From Hemiscyllium ocellatum (taxonomy: Eukaryota): a stretch of 64,000 nucleotides of DNA. The stretch is taken from contig NC_083409.1 of assembly GCF_020745735.1 (NCBI RefSeq), positions 10,576,978 through 10,640,977 on the forward strand, given 5' to 3'. This document shows positions 49,162 through 63,099 of this stretch, piece by piece. A program made the position numbers and the translations under genes. Every line of letters starts with the position of its first letter. Position 1 is the stretch's first letter. The notes under the pieces are model-generated. The model did not search any database, was not told the DNA's origin, and saw only the letters and a list, made by a program, of their open reading frames with translations.

Positions 49162-49729
49162 CTGAAAGATAAGAGAAACAGTTTTAATCCCTGCCATATG
49201 GAGGGATTTCAACTCTCAGAATATTCATTGATAAAATGTTTGAACATTTGTAGCCAATACCTAACAAACCCCAGAAAAGAACAGGCATTGTTTAAATTGC
49301 TTCTTGGGATGTGAGTGTCACTGATAGGATCAGCATTTATTGCCCATCCCTAATCACCCAGAGGGCAGTTTAGAGTCAACCACATTGCTGTGGGTCTGGA
49401 GTCACATTGTAAGGATGGCAGGTTCCTTCCCTAAAGGACATCAGGGAATCAGGTGGCTTCTTCCTGACAATCAACAATTGTTTCATGGTCATCATTGGAC
49501 ACTTAAATGCAGATTTTTTTATTGAATTCACATTCCACCATCTGCTGTGGCAGGATTCTAACCCTGGCCCCCAGAACATTAATCTGGATCTCTGGATGAA
49601 CAGCTCAGCGATAGTACCATTAAATCATTACCTCCTTTATTTTATTTTTAGTTAAGCGTGAAAGCAAGAAGTTTGTTTCTGAACAGGGTGTTTAGGAAAA
49701 GCACAACTGAAAGACTCCCAGTTCATCCC

Positions 49730-52700
49730 AAAAAAGATTAGTTCCTTGAAAGTGGAGTTGCAGGTAGGTAGGGGGGTGACGAAGTCATTTGGCATGCTTT
49801 CCTTTATTGGGCAATGCATTGAGTATTGGAGTTGGGAGCTGATGCACCTGTACAGGACATTAGTTTGGCCCCTTTTGGAATAATCTGTGGCATTCTGGCC
49901 TCCCTGCTGTTGGAAAAATGTTGGGAACCTTAAAATGGTTCAGAAAAGATTTCCAAGGATGTTGCCAAGTTGGAGGGTTTGAGTGATCAGGATAAGCTGA
50001 ATAGGCTGAGGCTATTTTCGCTGTATCACTGGAGGCTGAGGGGTGACCATATCGAGGTTTCTAACATAATGAGGGACATCGATCAAGTGAACAGAGAAGA
50101 TATTTTGGTCAGAGTGAAGGAGTCCAGAACTAGAGGGCATAGGTGGAAAGTATCAGGAGAATGATTTAAACAGGAACTAAGGCATAATGTTTTCCAGCAG
50201 AGAGTGGTACATTTTTGGAATGAGCTGCCAGAGGAAGTGGTGGAGGCTGGTATGATAACATTTAAAAGGCATTTGGGTGAGTATATGAATAGGAAGGGTT
50301 TAGAAGGATATGGGCCAAATACTGACAAATGGGACTAGATTAATTTAGGTTATCTGGTCGGCATGGACGAGTTACACAGAAGGATCTATTTCTGTGCTGT
50401 ACATCTCTCTGACACTATGACTCTCTATGTCTCTGTGGTTGGCATGGATGAGTCAGATCGACGAGTCTGTTTCTGTGCTGTACATCTCCATGACTCTAAT
50501 TGTGTTTCAGTTAAGCCCTCAGCACCTCAGACTCTCCAAAAGACAGTTACATTTTGCTTGAAAACCAGTCACTGTTGCAATTTCAGGAAAGGGGCAACCA
50601 ATTTCTACACAGCAAGATCCCACTGGAAGCAATGAGATCAAAGAGCATTCTTCACGATTTTGGTTCAATGATAAATATTGTCCTGAACACAACCCAAAGA
50701 GAAAGGAATTTGGTTCAGTTGAATGGAAAATGAGAAAATGGAAGGTAAAGGAGAAGGTAGGATTGCTGGTTAGTGATGGGATTGATTGTTCCAAGTAAAT
50801 AAAAGGAAGGGATAGAATTTTTGAATATCAAAGGAACCATAAAAGTGCAGGGAAAATCAATAATAAATCAAACTTAAAAATTTTGTGTCTAAATGCACGA
50901 AGCATTCCGAGTCAGGGAAACAAAGTGATGCCCCAAATCGAGGTAAATTGAGTTTCCAAGTAATTAAAACTAGTTAAAGTGGAGGAGGGCTCAGGAGAGG
51001 TCAGCAAAGATTCTAGAAGATGTAATAGGACTGAGAGCATGGAAGGGATCAGGAATCAAATGTCAAGCACAGCAGATAAGAGGAACACTGATGAGAAGGA
51101 GGGCAGTCAATGTAGTACTGAGGGTGTTGTACTTAAATACACAAGATATACACAATAAGCTTGTAGTGCAGATTGAAACTGGCAGGTACAATGTTGTGGG
51201 TATCACAGGTACATGGCTGTAAGGGGATCCGGGTTGGGAACTAAATATCCAAGGATCCATATCCTATCAAAAAGACAGGCAGAAGAGCAGAGGGACAGGA
51301 GTTGCCTTGTTAGTAAGAAATGACTTTAAATCAATAGCAAGAAAGATACAGTCAGAAGGTGTAGAATCTGTGTGGGAAGAGTTGAGGAACCCAAGAAATA
51401 AAGAATCTGATGCAAGTTCAGGTCTCCAAGCAGTAATCAGGGGGTGGGGAAGGAAATCAATCAGGAGACAGAAAATCCATTTAAAAAATGGAGAGGTGGA
51501 TTGGGTAGCACGTCTCAACAAAAAGTTTTCATGGAATGTCTATGAGATGGTTTTTGAAACAGCTTGCGGTTTGGAACAGGCAGTTCTGGATTCAGTGATG
51601 TGTAATGAGGCAAACTTGGTCAGTGAGCTGAAGGTGAAAGTATCCGTATGGATAAGTGACCATAATATGATAGAAATCCCCCTGTAGTTTGAGAGGGAGA
51701 AGCTGCAATCAGATGGAACAGTATTTCAATTGAGTAAAGGGAACGACAGAGACGTGAGGAAGGAGCTGGCCAGAGTTGATTGGAAGGGGAACCGAGCAGG
51801 TAAGATGGTGTGGCAGCAAACAACAGAGTTTCTGGGGGTAATTCAGGAAGCAGAGTAGGAATTCATCCCAAAAAAGAAGAAACACACTAAGGGGAGGACA
51901 ATGTAACCATGGCTGATGAGGGAGGTCAAGGACAGAATAAAAGCAAAAGAAAAAGCACACAATGTGGTGGAAAATAGTGGGAGGCCAGAGGATTAGGAAG
52001 TCTTTAAAACCTGTAGAGGATAACTAAAAAAAAATAATAATTAGGGTACGGAAGGTGAAATGTGGGGGAAAGTGAGCCAGTAATATAAAAGAAGATTGCA
52101 AGAGTTTCATCAGATATATAAAAAGGAAGAGAGAGGCAGAAATAGACATTGGAAAAAGAATAATAGGAAATGAAGAAAAAGCAGAGGAATTGAATCCATA
52201 CATTACATCAGTCTGCACAATGGAAAACACCAGCAGTGTCCCAGTACTTCAAGACTGTCAGGGGGCAGAGGTGAGTGCAGTGGCCATTACTCAGGAGGAG
52301 GTACTGGGGATGCTGAAATGTCTGAGTGTGGATTACTCACCCAGACTGGATGAATTACACCAGTGTGTTCTGAAGGAGATCACTGAGGAGATTGTGGAGA
52401 CATTTTTGATGATCTTTCAGGAATCAATGGAGTCAGGGTGTGGAGGTATTTTCTAAATGAGGAAAGCCTTTGGAAATCTAAAGCACAAACCTCATTCAGG
52501 ATTTTCTTAAGGTTAACAGGCAGGTACAGTCTGTGCTTGGGAAGGCAAATGAAATATTAGCATTCATTTCAATAGTGCCAGAATACAAGAGCAGAGATGT
52601 ACTGCTGAGGCTGTGTAAGGCTCTGATCAGACTGAATTTGGAATATTGTGAGCAGATTTAGGACCCATATTCTAAGAAACAATGTGCTGGCATTGGAGGG

Positions 52701-55700
52701 GTTTACAAGAATGATCCTGGGGATGGAGGGCTTGTCATATGAGGCATGGTTAAGGACTCTGGGTCTGTACTCAATGGAGTACAGAAGGATGAGGAGGGAT
52801 CTTATTAAAATTTGCAGAATACAGATAGACCTGGATAGAGTGGATGTGGAGAAGATGTTTCCAAATATAGGAGAGACGAGGTAACCAAAGCACAGCATCA
52901 GAATGAAGGGCCGACCCTTTCCAGCTGAGATGAGGAGGAATTTGTTCAGCCGGAGGGTGGTGAATCTGTGGAACTCATTGTTACAGAGGGCAGTGGAGGC
53001 CAAGTCACTGAATGTATTTAAGACAGAGATAGATAGGTTCATGATTGTTAAGGGGATGGAAAGTTCCTGTGGAGTAGGCAGGAGACTGGGGTTGAGAAGC
53101 ACATCTGCCAAGGTCAAATGGCAGAGCAGATTCAATGGGCTGAATGGCCGATTTCTGCTCCTATTTCTTAAAGTCTTCTGGAGAGTTTCTCCAAAACCCT
53201 GGAACACTGAACCCACTGGACTGTGAGCCCTGCTGGAGCTGTTTGTCATCAGAACTCTGCATAGAGATAATCCAAGAGTGGAGAGAGTGTGCATCCATGT
53301 GGGAACTTCAGAATGTTTCCCCGGTCCTGGAATACCATGAGTACAGGAAGTGTGGTCAATGACAGCAGCTGGAGCTCTGGGTTTTGGAGCTTGAGCAGCA
53401 GCTGGTGTCAGTGCGGAGCGTCCGTGAGGCTGAGAGCACCGTGGAGAAACGTTTCTAGATGTGGTCACTCTGCAGCTTCAGAGTATGCAGGGAGAGAGGG
53501 AATGGGGGAGCAGCAGACAGTCCAAAAGGACCAGGCAGCTAGTATAGGAATCCCCAGACATCCTACTCTCCAACCAGGATTCAGTTCAGAATCCTGATGA
53601 GAATGATGGTTCATCTGGGGAGTGCAGCCAGAGCCAGCTCCATGGCACCATGGGGGGCTCAGCTGTACAGGGGGCACAAGGAAGACTGGAAAAGTTTTAG
53701 TGAGAGGAGATTGGAGACTGAGGCATCGATAGGTGTTTCTGCAGCTGCAGATGGGAATCCAGGATGGTGTGTTGTCTCCCTGGTGCCAGGATATCACTGA
53801 GCGGCTGCAGAACACCCTCAGGGGAGAGGGGGAACAGACAGCAGTCGTGGTCCACATCAGTCCCAGTGACAGAGGGAGGAAAGGGATGTGGTCCTGCAGT
53901 CAGAAGTTTTGGAGCTTCCTACTTTTAAGTAATGTGGAGCTACCTACTTTTGAGTTCCTGCTGCTAATTAGTAGCAGGAACTCAAAAGTAGGAATCTCCA
54001 GATTACTCCCAGTGCCCCACGCAAGTGAAGAAGGGCTCAGGCCCGAAACGTCGACTCTCCTGCTCCTTGGATGCTGCCTGACCTGCTGCGCTTTTCAAGC
54101 AACACATTTTCAGCACCCCACACAAGTGAGAATAGAATCAGGAGGTGAACACAGGTGACTGCTGGGCTGGAAAGAGGATCCATGATGGAGGGCTTTAGAT
54201 TTTTGTGAGGTTGTTTACTACTGTTAGAGAGGGTTTAAACTAACTTGGCAGGGCTGTGGGAGCCAGGGGCAAATATCAGGGAGGACCACCAAGGACCACA
54301 GAATCCTCAGAGCAGTCAATAAGTCACCACCCAGTGGGAAGGATGTGGAGGAATACAAATGCAAGGAATTTACAGAGACCTGCAAATATGATAGAGCTAT
54401 TATAAATGGAGGGGGGGGGTGTCTTTAATTTCTGAATATAGTTTAGGGTAGCAGCAGTGTAATGGGCAGAGAGGGACCAGAGTGGCAAGCGTGTGTTTAG
54501 GTGAATTTTCAGGTGGCATTGGTGGCTTAGTGGTGGCTCGGGGGCGTCAGCATGGTGGCTCACAGATTAGCACTGCAGCCTCATAGTACCAGGGTCCCAG
54601 GTTCGATTCCAGCCTTGGGTGACTGTCTGTGTGGAGTTTGCACATTCTCCCTGCGTCTGCGTGTTTTTCCTCTGGGTGCTCTGGTTTCCTTCCACAGTCC
54701 AAAGATGTGCAGGTCAGGTGAATTTGCCATGCTAAATTGTTCAAAGTGTTGGATGCATTACTGAGAGGGAAGTCGGTCTGGGTGGGTTACTCTTCGGAGG
54801 ATCATTATGGACTTGTTGGGCCAAAGGGCCTGTTTCCACGCTTTGGAGAATCTAATCTAATCAGTGGCAGTGAAGAAGGTTGTCTAAGAATACAATGGAA
54901 TCTTGACCAACGGGGCCAGTGGGCTGAGGAATGGCAGATGGAGTTTAATTCAGATAAATGTGAGTGCTGTATTTTGGTAAGACACAAGAGATGGGTGAGA
55001 TCCTGAACAAATATTTTAGGTCAGTATATATTGTGGGGAAAGCTAAGGAATTCGGAAAAATAGTGATGTCTTGAAAAGAGACCACATATAAATGAGGAGA
55101 CGCAAACAATCTTAAATCACATAAAGGTAGATAAACCCTAGGACCTGATCAGGTGTACCCCAGAACATTGTGGCAAACTGGGGAAGAGATTTTTGGGATC
55201 CTTGCTGAGATATATGTATCATCGGCAACCATGGATAAGGTGCTGGAGAAACAGAGAGGTTGGCTAAGATTATGCCATTATTTCAGAATGGCTGTCAGTA
55301 AAAGCGAGGGAACTATAGACCAGTGAGCCTGATGTCAGTGCTGGGTAAGATGTTGGAGTGGATTCTGTGGGACAGGATTTACATCGTTTGGATAATCAGT
55401 GTGGCATTGTGCATAGGAAATCACGTCTCATGAATTTGATTCAGGAGATGACAAAAAGGATTGATGAAGACAGAACACTAGACCTTGTCAGTATGGACTT
55501 CAGAGTAAAGTGTTTGACAAGGTTCCACACCATAGACTGGTTGTGAGGTTAGACCACATGGGATCCAGGGGGAGCGAGCCATTGAAGTCAAAAAAATTGG
55601 CTTGCAGATAGGAGACAGAGAGTGGTGGAAAAAGGTTGCTTTTCAGACTGGAGATCTGTGAATAGCTGTGTGCCCGCAAGGATTGGTGCTGAGTCCACAA

Positions 55701-56990
55701 ATGCTTTTCATGATTTAAAGAAATGATTTGGATGTGAATATAGGAGTTATGGTAAGTTTGTAAATGACACCAAAATTGGTGGGACAGTGGATGGTGAAGA
55801 AGGTTATCTCAGGGTACAGCGGGACCTTGATCAGATGGGACAATGGGCAGAAGGTTGGCAAATGGAGTTCAGTTTAGATAAATGTGAGATGTTGCATTTT
55901 GGAAAGGCAAACCAGGGCAGGAGTTATACAGTTAATGGGAGGGCCCTGTGGAGTGTTGCTGAATAACACACCTAGGGGTGAAGATGCAGGTACATTATTC
56001 CTTGAAAGTGGGGTCACAGGTAGACAGGGTGATGAAGAAGGTGTTTGGTTTGCTTGCTTTTGTTCATCACTGCATTGAGTACAGGAGTTAGAACATCATG
56101 TTGCAGCAGGAGATTGGTGAGGCCACTTTGGGAATGATGTGAACAATCCTATCATCCTGAGATAGGAAGGATGTTGTTAAACTTAAAAAGTGGCAGAAAA
56201 GATTTACAAGGATGTGGCCAGGATTTGGAGGGTTTGAGCTATCGGGAAAGGCTGAAGAAACTAGGGCTATATTCCCTGCAGCATCTAAGGCCAAGGGGTG
56301 ACCTTATCGATGTTTATAAAACTATGAGGGGCATGAACTGAGTGTATATCCAAGGTCTTTTCCGTGGGAAAGGGATTCCAAAACAAGAGGACATAAGTTT
56401 AAGGTGAGACGCAAAAGATTCAAAAGGGACCTGAGGGGTAACTTGTCACACAGAGGGTGGTGCGTGTCTGGATTGAGCTGCCAGAGAAAGTGTTGGAGGC
56501 AGATACAGTTACAGCATTTAAAACACATTGGTATGGGTACATGGATAGGTTGGGTTTTGAGAGATGTAAGCTAAATGCTGGCAAATGGGCTGAGGTCAGT
56601 TTAGGATATTTGGTTAGCATGGACAAGTTGGACTGAAAGGTCTGTTTCCACGCTGTATGACTCCATGGCTATGAGCGGCTGGAAAAGCTGAGACTTCTTC
56701 CCCTGAAGCGGAAGGTTCTGAGGAGTGACCTTGTAGAGGTTTGGAAAATCATGAGGGATATAGATAATGTGAAGAATTCTGGAAGGAGGCGAATGTTTTG
56801 TAGCAATGACAAAAATTGTTCCCAAAGATCATTCCAGGGATGAGGAACATCAGTTATGAAGTTTGATTGGAGAATTTGGGACTGTCTTCTTTGGAGAAGG
56901 CTTAGAGGAGATTTGTTCAAGGAATTCAAAATCAGGAAGGGCCTGGACAGAGTAAATAGGGAAAAAATGTTCCCAATTAAGAAAGAATTC
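49730..56990 (+). mobile_element. Stack of CR1 LINE fragments (with Deu-SINE at about 50520-50635 and ORF1 esterase-like piece at about 53200-54000) in the cluster-2 J-C intron
   Basis: CR1 motifs throughout; order mirrors the cluster-1 intron in reverse complement. Confidence 0.8.
54550..54862 (+). mobile_element. HE1 V-SINE
   Basis: Head GGTTCGATTCC, V-core, (TCTAA)n tail. Confidence 0.82.
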
Positions 56991-57164
56991 AGGGGGGATC
57001 CAAGATGGCGGCGACCCAGCAAGACTGAGTCCACAGTGCTCTACACAAAACTTGGGAAAAGTGGGCTATCCACCCCCACCACACTCACTAAACCATTTAT
57101 AATAGTTGTTAACCTTAAATAGTTACCTATTAGTACATTTAAATAGTCTAATACTAGCTGGAAA

Positions 57165-58028
57165 ATGAGTAAAGGGAAGGGACCAGGCGGCTCTAAGAAA
57201 GCAGGGACCCCTCCCCCACCCTCTCCCTCTTCAGCTGCAACAAAGGTGTCTTCAGCCACTTCAGGAGATTTACCAATGAAGATGAGCTTTGAGGAGATGT
57301 TTGCCAGGTGGGAGGCGAAGATTGATGCTTTTATCGATGAGTCTCGGCAGAGCAGAGAAGCACTATCAGCCGAGCTGCAGAAGCAGGGCAGAGACATTCA
57401 GGAATTGGAGTGCCGAGTCAGAGAGGTGGAGTCGAAGGCCGCAGCCTCAGAGACTGCGATAAAATCAACAGCCGACCACATCCGTTTTCTCGAGAATCGA
57501 GTCCAGAACCTAGAAAACCACATTGATGATCTCGAAAATCGATGTCGTAGAAAAAATATTCGGTTGTTGGGCCTGCCCGAGCAGGAAGAGGGAGGTCAGC
57601 TGACAGCATTCTTAGAGCATTGGCTGCCACAGCTTTTAAATCTGCCTGCTGGATCAGGCCAGGTAAGGGTAGAATGGGCCTACCGGGTCACAGTACGTGG
57701 GCCCGGCTCAACCCAGCGCCCACGCCCGGTCCTGTTCCAGCTGCAGAGCTATAGGGAGAGGCAGATGCTCCTGGAAGCCTCAAGAAATCTGGGAAAAGAT
57801 CCCCAAGCTATGACCCACAAAGGATCCAGGATCATGCTGTTCCAGGACTTCTCCCCAGCTTTGGTCCGAAAGAGGAAGGCATTCGATGAGGCGAAGAAGC
57901 GTTTAAGAAACTTAAATATTCAGTACTCCTTACGATATCCAGCGACGCTACGCCTTAGCCACGAAGGATCCATATATAACTTCGGATCACCGGAGAAGGC
58001 TAAGGAATTCTTGGACTCTCTTAAATAA
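57165..58028 (+). CDS. L1 ORF1p (coiled coil, RRM, CTD), intact, 287 aa
   Basis: Heptad region, RRKNIRLLGLPE, RPRPVL, IMLFQDFS, YSLRYPATL. Confidence 0.9.
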   Translation: MSKGKGPGGSKKAGTPPPPSPSSAATKVSSATSGDLPMKMSFEEMFARWEAKIDAFIDESRQSREALSAELQKQGRDIQELECRVREVESKAAASETAIKSTADHIRFLENRVQNLENHIDDLENRCRRKNIRLLGLPEQEEGGQLTAFLEHWLPQLLNLPAGSGQVRVEWAYRVTVRGPGSTQRPRPVLFQLQSYRERQMLLEASRNLGKDPQAMTHKGSRIMLFQDFSPALVRKRKAFDEAKKRLRNLNIQYSLRYPATLRLSHEGSIYNFGSPEKAKEFLDSLK

Positions 58029-58656
58029 ACTGTAAGAGATTGTGGACGCTGGTCTGCCTTTCCCATTATTTTGGTTTACATCCCTTCATCTTTTCTTATC
58101 TTTCCCCCTATGTGTGTATGTATATATATATATATATATGTTGGGGCGTTTGGTTAATGTTGATGGGGAGAGGTGGTTACCTTATTCTATTTTACTTCTG
58201 TTTTTAGGAGCGGGGTTGTTTTTCTTTCCCCTGTTATTTTGTGGTATTATATTTAAGTATTACATGTTGAGATTGTAATCTTATAGTTATATATGGTATT
58301 AATATTCCCAAATATATTTAGATGTGGGTGTGGGTGGGGGTGGGGTGTTCACTGTTAACTCTAGCTTTATATTATATTTGAATTCTCCTCATTTTATTGA
58401 GGAACACCTGGGTCAAGGGTGGGGCACTGGTTGGAAGAGGGTAAGATGGACTGTGGGAGAGGAAGTGACGCTCCCTGGGAACAAGGGAGAAAATCTCCAA
58501 TTCGGAATGTTTTATATTTTTTATACTTAGAAAGAGTTTTTTGTTATATTGTTTTGAGTGTATCAGAGAGTCTTTACTTTTGTAAATCTTGTATGCTCCA
58601 TGCTCGGGATGTTCTAGATAGGATTTCCCCTCCCGAGGGGTCTCGGATCTGTCCAG

Positions 58657-61600
58657 ATGATTATGGCTGAACAGTCGGTTAAGTGGTGCACCTGGAATGT
58701 CAGGGGGAGTAATTCGCCAGTTAAAAGGAAGAAAATATTATCAAATCTTAAGAAGGAGAGAGTTGATATAGCTCTCCTACAGGAGACACACCTGTCGGAT
58801 AAAGAACACTTAAAATTACGACAGGGCGGATTTGATCAGGCCTTTTTTTCCTCTTTTAATTCAAAAAGCAGGGGAGTCGTTATCCTTGTCCGGAAGAACT
58901 TCCCTTTGAAAATTCTAAATCAGATAAAAGACGAATCTGGACGATATATTTTGATTAAAGCCCTCATAAATGGAGAGGAATATGGGATCTTAAATGTGTA
59001 CTGCCCCCCGGCACACCCCTTTAAATTCATAACGGAAGCTTTTTCAAAACTGATGGCCTTTGGTGCCCGTCATACAATTATAGGGGGAGACTTTAATTGT
59101 ATTATTGATCCGGAAATAGACAGGATTCCCAAGAGTGCCGCTGGAGTATCTCCCAGATCTAGACAACTGGCGGACCTGAATAAAGAATTAGGATTGGTAG
59201 ATGTATGGAGATGTCTCCATCCACAGGGTAGAGATTTTTCTTTCTACTCTAATCCACATAAATGTCACACAAGAATTGATATGTTTTTTGCCCCATCGAT
59301 TTTTCTAAACTCTATAGCAACCTGTAAAATAGGTACTATAGCAATCTCTGACCATGCCGCTGTATACATGGAAACTAAGGTAAAGAACAATGGGACATTT
59401 GCTCGGCATTGGCGTATGGACCCCTTCCTGATAAAGGATAGCAAATTTTTAAAGTACTTCTCCCAAGAACTTAAAACTTTTTTAGAAATTAATACTGGTA
59501 CGGCTAGCAATCCGTCAATGATGTGGGAGACCATCAAAGCCTATGCACGAGGTTTGATCATCTCCTATTCAGCGACCCAGAGGAAAATGAAGGGAGAGCA
59601 ACAGCGTCTGCTCGAAGCTCGCCTAAAAGCAGCCGAAACAGCATACGCTGATAGACCTTCTATCACAAAATTGCAGAGGATTACAGCTCTTAGGACAGCT
59701 TTAAACACCGCGCTTACTCAAACGGCTAAAAGGGAAATATTATTTGCGAAACAAAGATTATATGAATATGGCGACAAACCGGGTAGATACTTAGCATTTC
59801 TTGCAAAGAAAAAGGAAGCCCCTCAAACTATTCCGACCATCAAGGAAAGTACAGGTACCCTGACTCATGATCATAAAAAGATCAATGCGACCTTTAAAGA
59901 ATTTTATTCTGAACTATATAGATCGCAGGATTGTGAAGATAGGATTAGGAGGATGCAGTCATTTTTTTAAAATTTGACCTTCCCGGGCCTGACTCCGGAA
60001 CAGGTGTCGGCCCTAAATACCCCTTTAACAGTCCAAGAAATACTTGAGGCAATTAGGCAACTTCAGAGCGGAAAAGCACCGGGCCCGGATGGTTTTCAAG
60101 CTGAATTCTATAAAGAATTTACAGGAATATTGGTTGACCCACTTATGGATATGTATAATTTTGCGCATAGTCAGGTCTGTCTCCCGCCCACGCTGAAAGA
60201 AGCAAATATTTCTCTTATCCTCAAAAAAGGAAAAGACCCAGAAGATTGTGCATCTTACAGACCAATATCCTTACTAAATGTAGACTTTAAAATTCTCTCA
60301 AAAATGTTAGCACTAAGACTAGAAAGGGTACTGCCATATATTATAAAGGAGGACCAGACGGGATTTATTAAGGGCCGCAGATCATCCAATAATATCAGAA
60401 GGGTCTTGAATATGATCCAAGCCTGTCATCAGGGAAAGATACCAGGAGTAGTAATTTCATTGGATGCGGAAAAGGCATTTGATAGGGTTGAATGGTCATA
60501 TTTATTTTACACATTGGAAAGGTTTGGCGTTGGACAGGTGTTTACCAAATGGGTTTCAACATTGTATAATGACCCCAAAGCAGCTGTTATTACTAATGGG
60601 TTAAGATCGGATGGCTTCAGTGTGGGTAGGGGCTGCCGTCAAGGATGTCCTCTCTCACCATTGTTGTTTACACTGATAATCGAACCATTAGCAGAAGCCA
60701 TCCGGACTGATCCTAATATAACGGCCCCGAGGATTGGTACAGGTAAACACAAAATTATCCTCTATGCAGATGACGTTCTCTTATTCCTCAGTAATCCTTT
60801 AATGTCAGTGCCTCGTCTAATTCAAGTTATTAATACATTTAGTGCATTCTCAGGCTATAAAATTAATTTTTCAAAATCGGAAGCCATGCCAATGGGTGGT
60901 CTGGCTATGATACCCCACTTAATGGACGGATCCCCTTTTCCCTTCCGTTGGTCCCTGGAGGGCTTCTTATATTTAGGTATTTTTATCACGCCAGTATTTG
61001 ATCAGCTGTATAGGGCTAATTTTGTACAATTAATGGAAAGGATAAGGCAGGCATGGAGCGATGGAGAGACCTTCCGATTTCCTGGCTAGGGAGAATAGCA
61101 TTAATTAAAATGAATGTTCTGCCCCGTCTCTTATATCCTATGAGAATGCTCCCGCTGATGCTGCCAAGGCTAGCCCTACGTAAATTATATGGCTGGTTGG
61201 GCTCCTTTATTTGGAACCATAGACGGCCCCTTATTAAGCTGAAGAAGCTACAGCTTCCACAGGCAAGGGGAGGACTGGACTTCCCAGACTTTAGGAAATA
61301 TCAGTTAAGCTCCCTACTAAGTTACATAGCTGATTGGGTTTCATCTGATCCACAATCAATTTGGCTGGATATCGAAGCCTCCCAAGTAAAATACCCACTT
61401 ATTAACCTTTTATTTTCAGATAAGAGGAAAATCATTACAGACCACTGTAAAAATCCCATAATATTAAACACAATTAAGGCCTGGAATATAATGCGGCAAA
61501 ATGAGGGTAACTCACATAAAACATCCCCCCATGCACCAATAGTAGGCGCATGGGGATTCCAACCGGGGATTACAGATGCCACCTTTAAACTCTGGAGATC

Positions 61601-62594
61601 CAGGGGCATCTCATGCTTAGGGGACCTATTTAAAGATGGGATCCTGATGTCCTTTGAGCAGCTGCGTCTGAAATTCGGAATACCTAATGGGGATCTCTTT
61701 CGATACTTCCAAGTTCGAGATTATATACAGAGGAAGACTACATTAATAGATAGTCTTTATAAATCAGACAGAGAACGTAATGTCTTACGACCAGCAGGGG
61801 CATCCTCCGTTAGTACTATATACCATTTGCTACATGATGGAGTCTCAGGAGACATGGATGACCTGCTTAAAACATGGGAGCAGGACTTGGGGCTAGAAAT
61901 CTCTGAGGATATGTGGAATGACATTTGGGAAAATGCTAGAAGAATTGCTATCTGTAACAGAACTCAGGCTATCCAACTAAAGATACTTCATAGGGCCCAT
62001 ATAGCTCCGGCTCGACTGGCAAAATTTAAGGCAGGAGCATCTCCAATGTGTCCTAAATGCAAAATAGAGGTGGGTACTCTTGTACATTGTCTGTGGACTT
62101 GTCAGAAAATCCGCAGATACTGGACTAAAGTGGCAAATACCCTGACAGAAATTTTAGGAACGGAAATTAGGGTGGACCCTGTATCTCTCCTTTTGGGCTT
62201 TTCGAACCTCTCATCTCTGGATATGCATGGGAAGAGACTATTTTCTATTCTCTCTTTCTGTGCAAGGAAAAATATTTTGGTGAACTGGGTGGCTGAGGGC
62301 CCCCCTGGACTTTCAAACTGGCACAGATTAATTATGGAATATATCCCCCTTGACTTCCTCACAAATATGGTGCACCGAAAGACTGAATTATTTTATAAAA
62401 TATGGCAGCCCTTTTTGAATTATATAAATGCAGATATTTCGGCTATCCTAACAAGGGCTTTTATTTGTGAAGATTTCAGACCGGGCTGCTCCGGGGCCCC
62501 TTGGGAGAGGAATCCTGCGCGAATACGGGTTTTATTATATTTGATGTTTATACATTCCGAGCATGTAAGAGACTTAGGTATACACTCTGGTTAG
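58657..62594 (+). pseudogene. L1 ORF2 (APE endonuclease, RT, CCHC) with one in-frame stop (59968-59970) and one frameshift (about 61050)
   Basis: WNVRG, LQETH, GGDFN, SDH; YRPISLLN, LDAEKAFD, GCRQGCPLSP, YADD; CPKC-x8-H-x4-C. Confidence 0.92.
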
Positions 62595-63099
62595 TTATAG
62601 GTTAGATTAGTAGAAAGTTGAGTTTTTTTTTCTTTTTTCGTTTCTTTTTTTTCTTTTTTTGTTTTCTTTCTTTCTTTTTTCTTTGTTAAATTATGACTAT
62701 TGTATATATGATTTAATTGTACATCAATGTTTGTATTTGAGAGTTTTGTTTATTTTTGTAAATTTGCAAAAATGTTAAATTTCAATAAAAATATCTACAA
62801 AAAAAAAAGAAAGAATTCAGACCAAGAGACCACAGATTGAAAGCAATTGGGAAAAGTAACAAAAGTGAGATGGGGAACAACATTTTTAGCCAGTGAGTGG
62901 TTAAGGTGTGGAATGCACTGCCTGAGAGTGTGGTGGAGGCAGCTTCAATTAAAACATTCTGAAGGGAATGAGAATGTTAGTTGAAAAGGAACAAAGTGCA
63001 GGGTGAGAGGGAGAAGGCAGGAGAATGACATTCAGTGAATTGCTCATTCAGAGGGGATGGGTGGAATGGCCTCCTTCTGCACTGTAACAATTCTGTGAT

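Larger units (their letters stand above)
56993..62806 (+). mobile_element. Full-length L1-clade non-LTR retrotransposon with TSD AAGAAAGAATTCAG (56979-56992 / 62807-62820)
   Basis: 5' GGGGG start, ORF1, spacer, EN-RT-CCHC ORF2, AATAAA at 62784, poly(A); TT/AAGA target site; splits a CR1 fragment. Confidence 0.95.

Noticed and set aside
50345-50500. Tandemly repeated about 80-nt segment
   Set aside because: Duplicated CR1 3' tail, an ordinary retrotransposition by-product
52569-53468. 299-aa minus-strand ORF
   Set aside because: Antisense read-through of adjacent CR1 fragments
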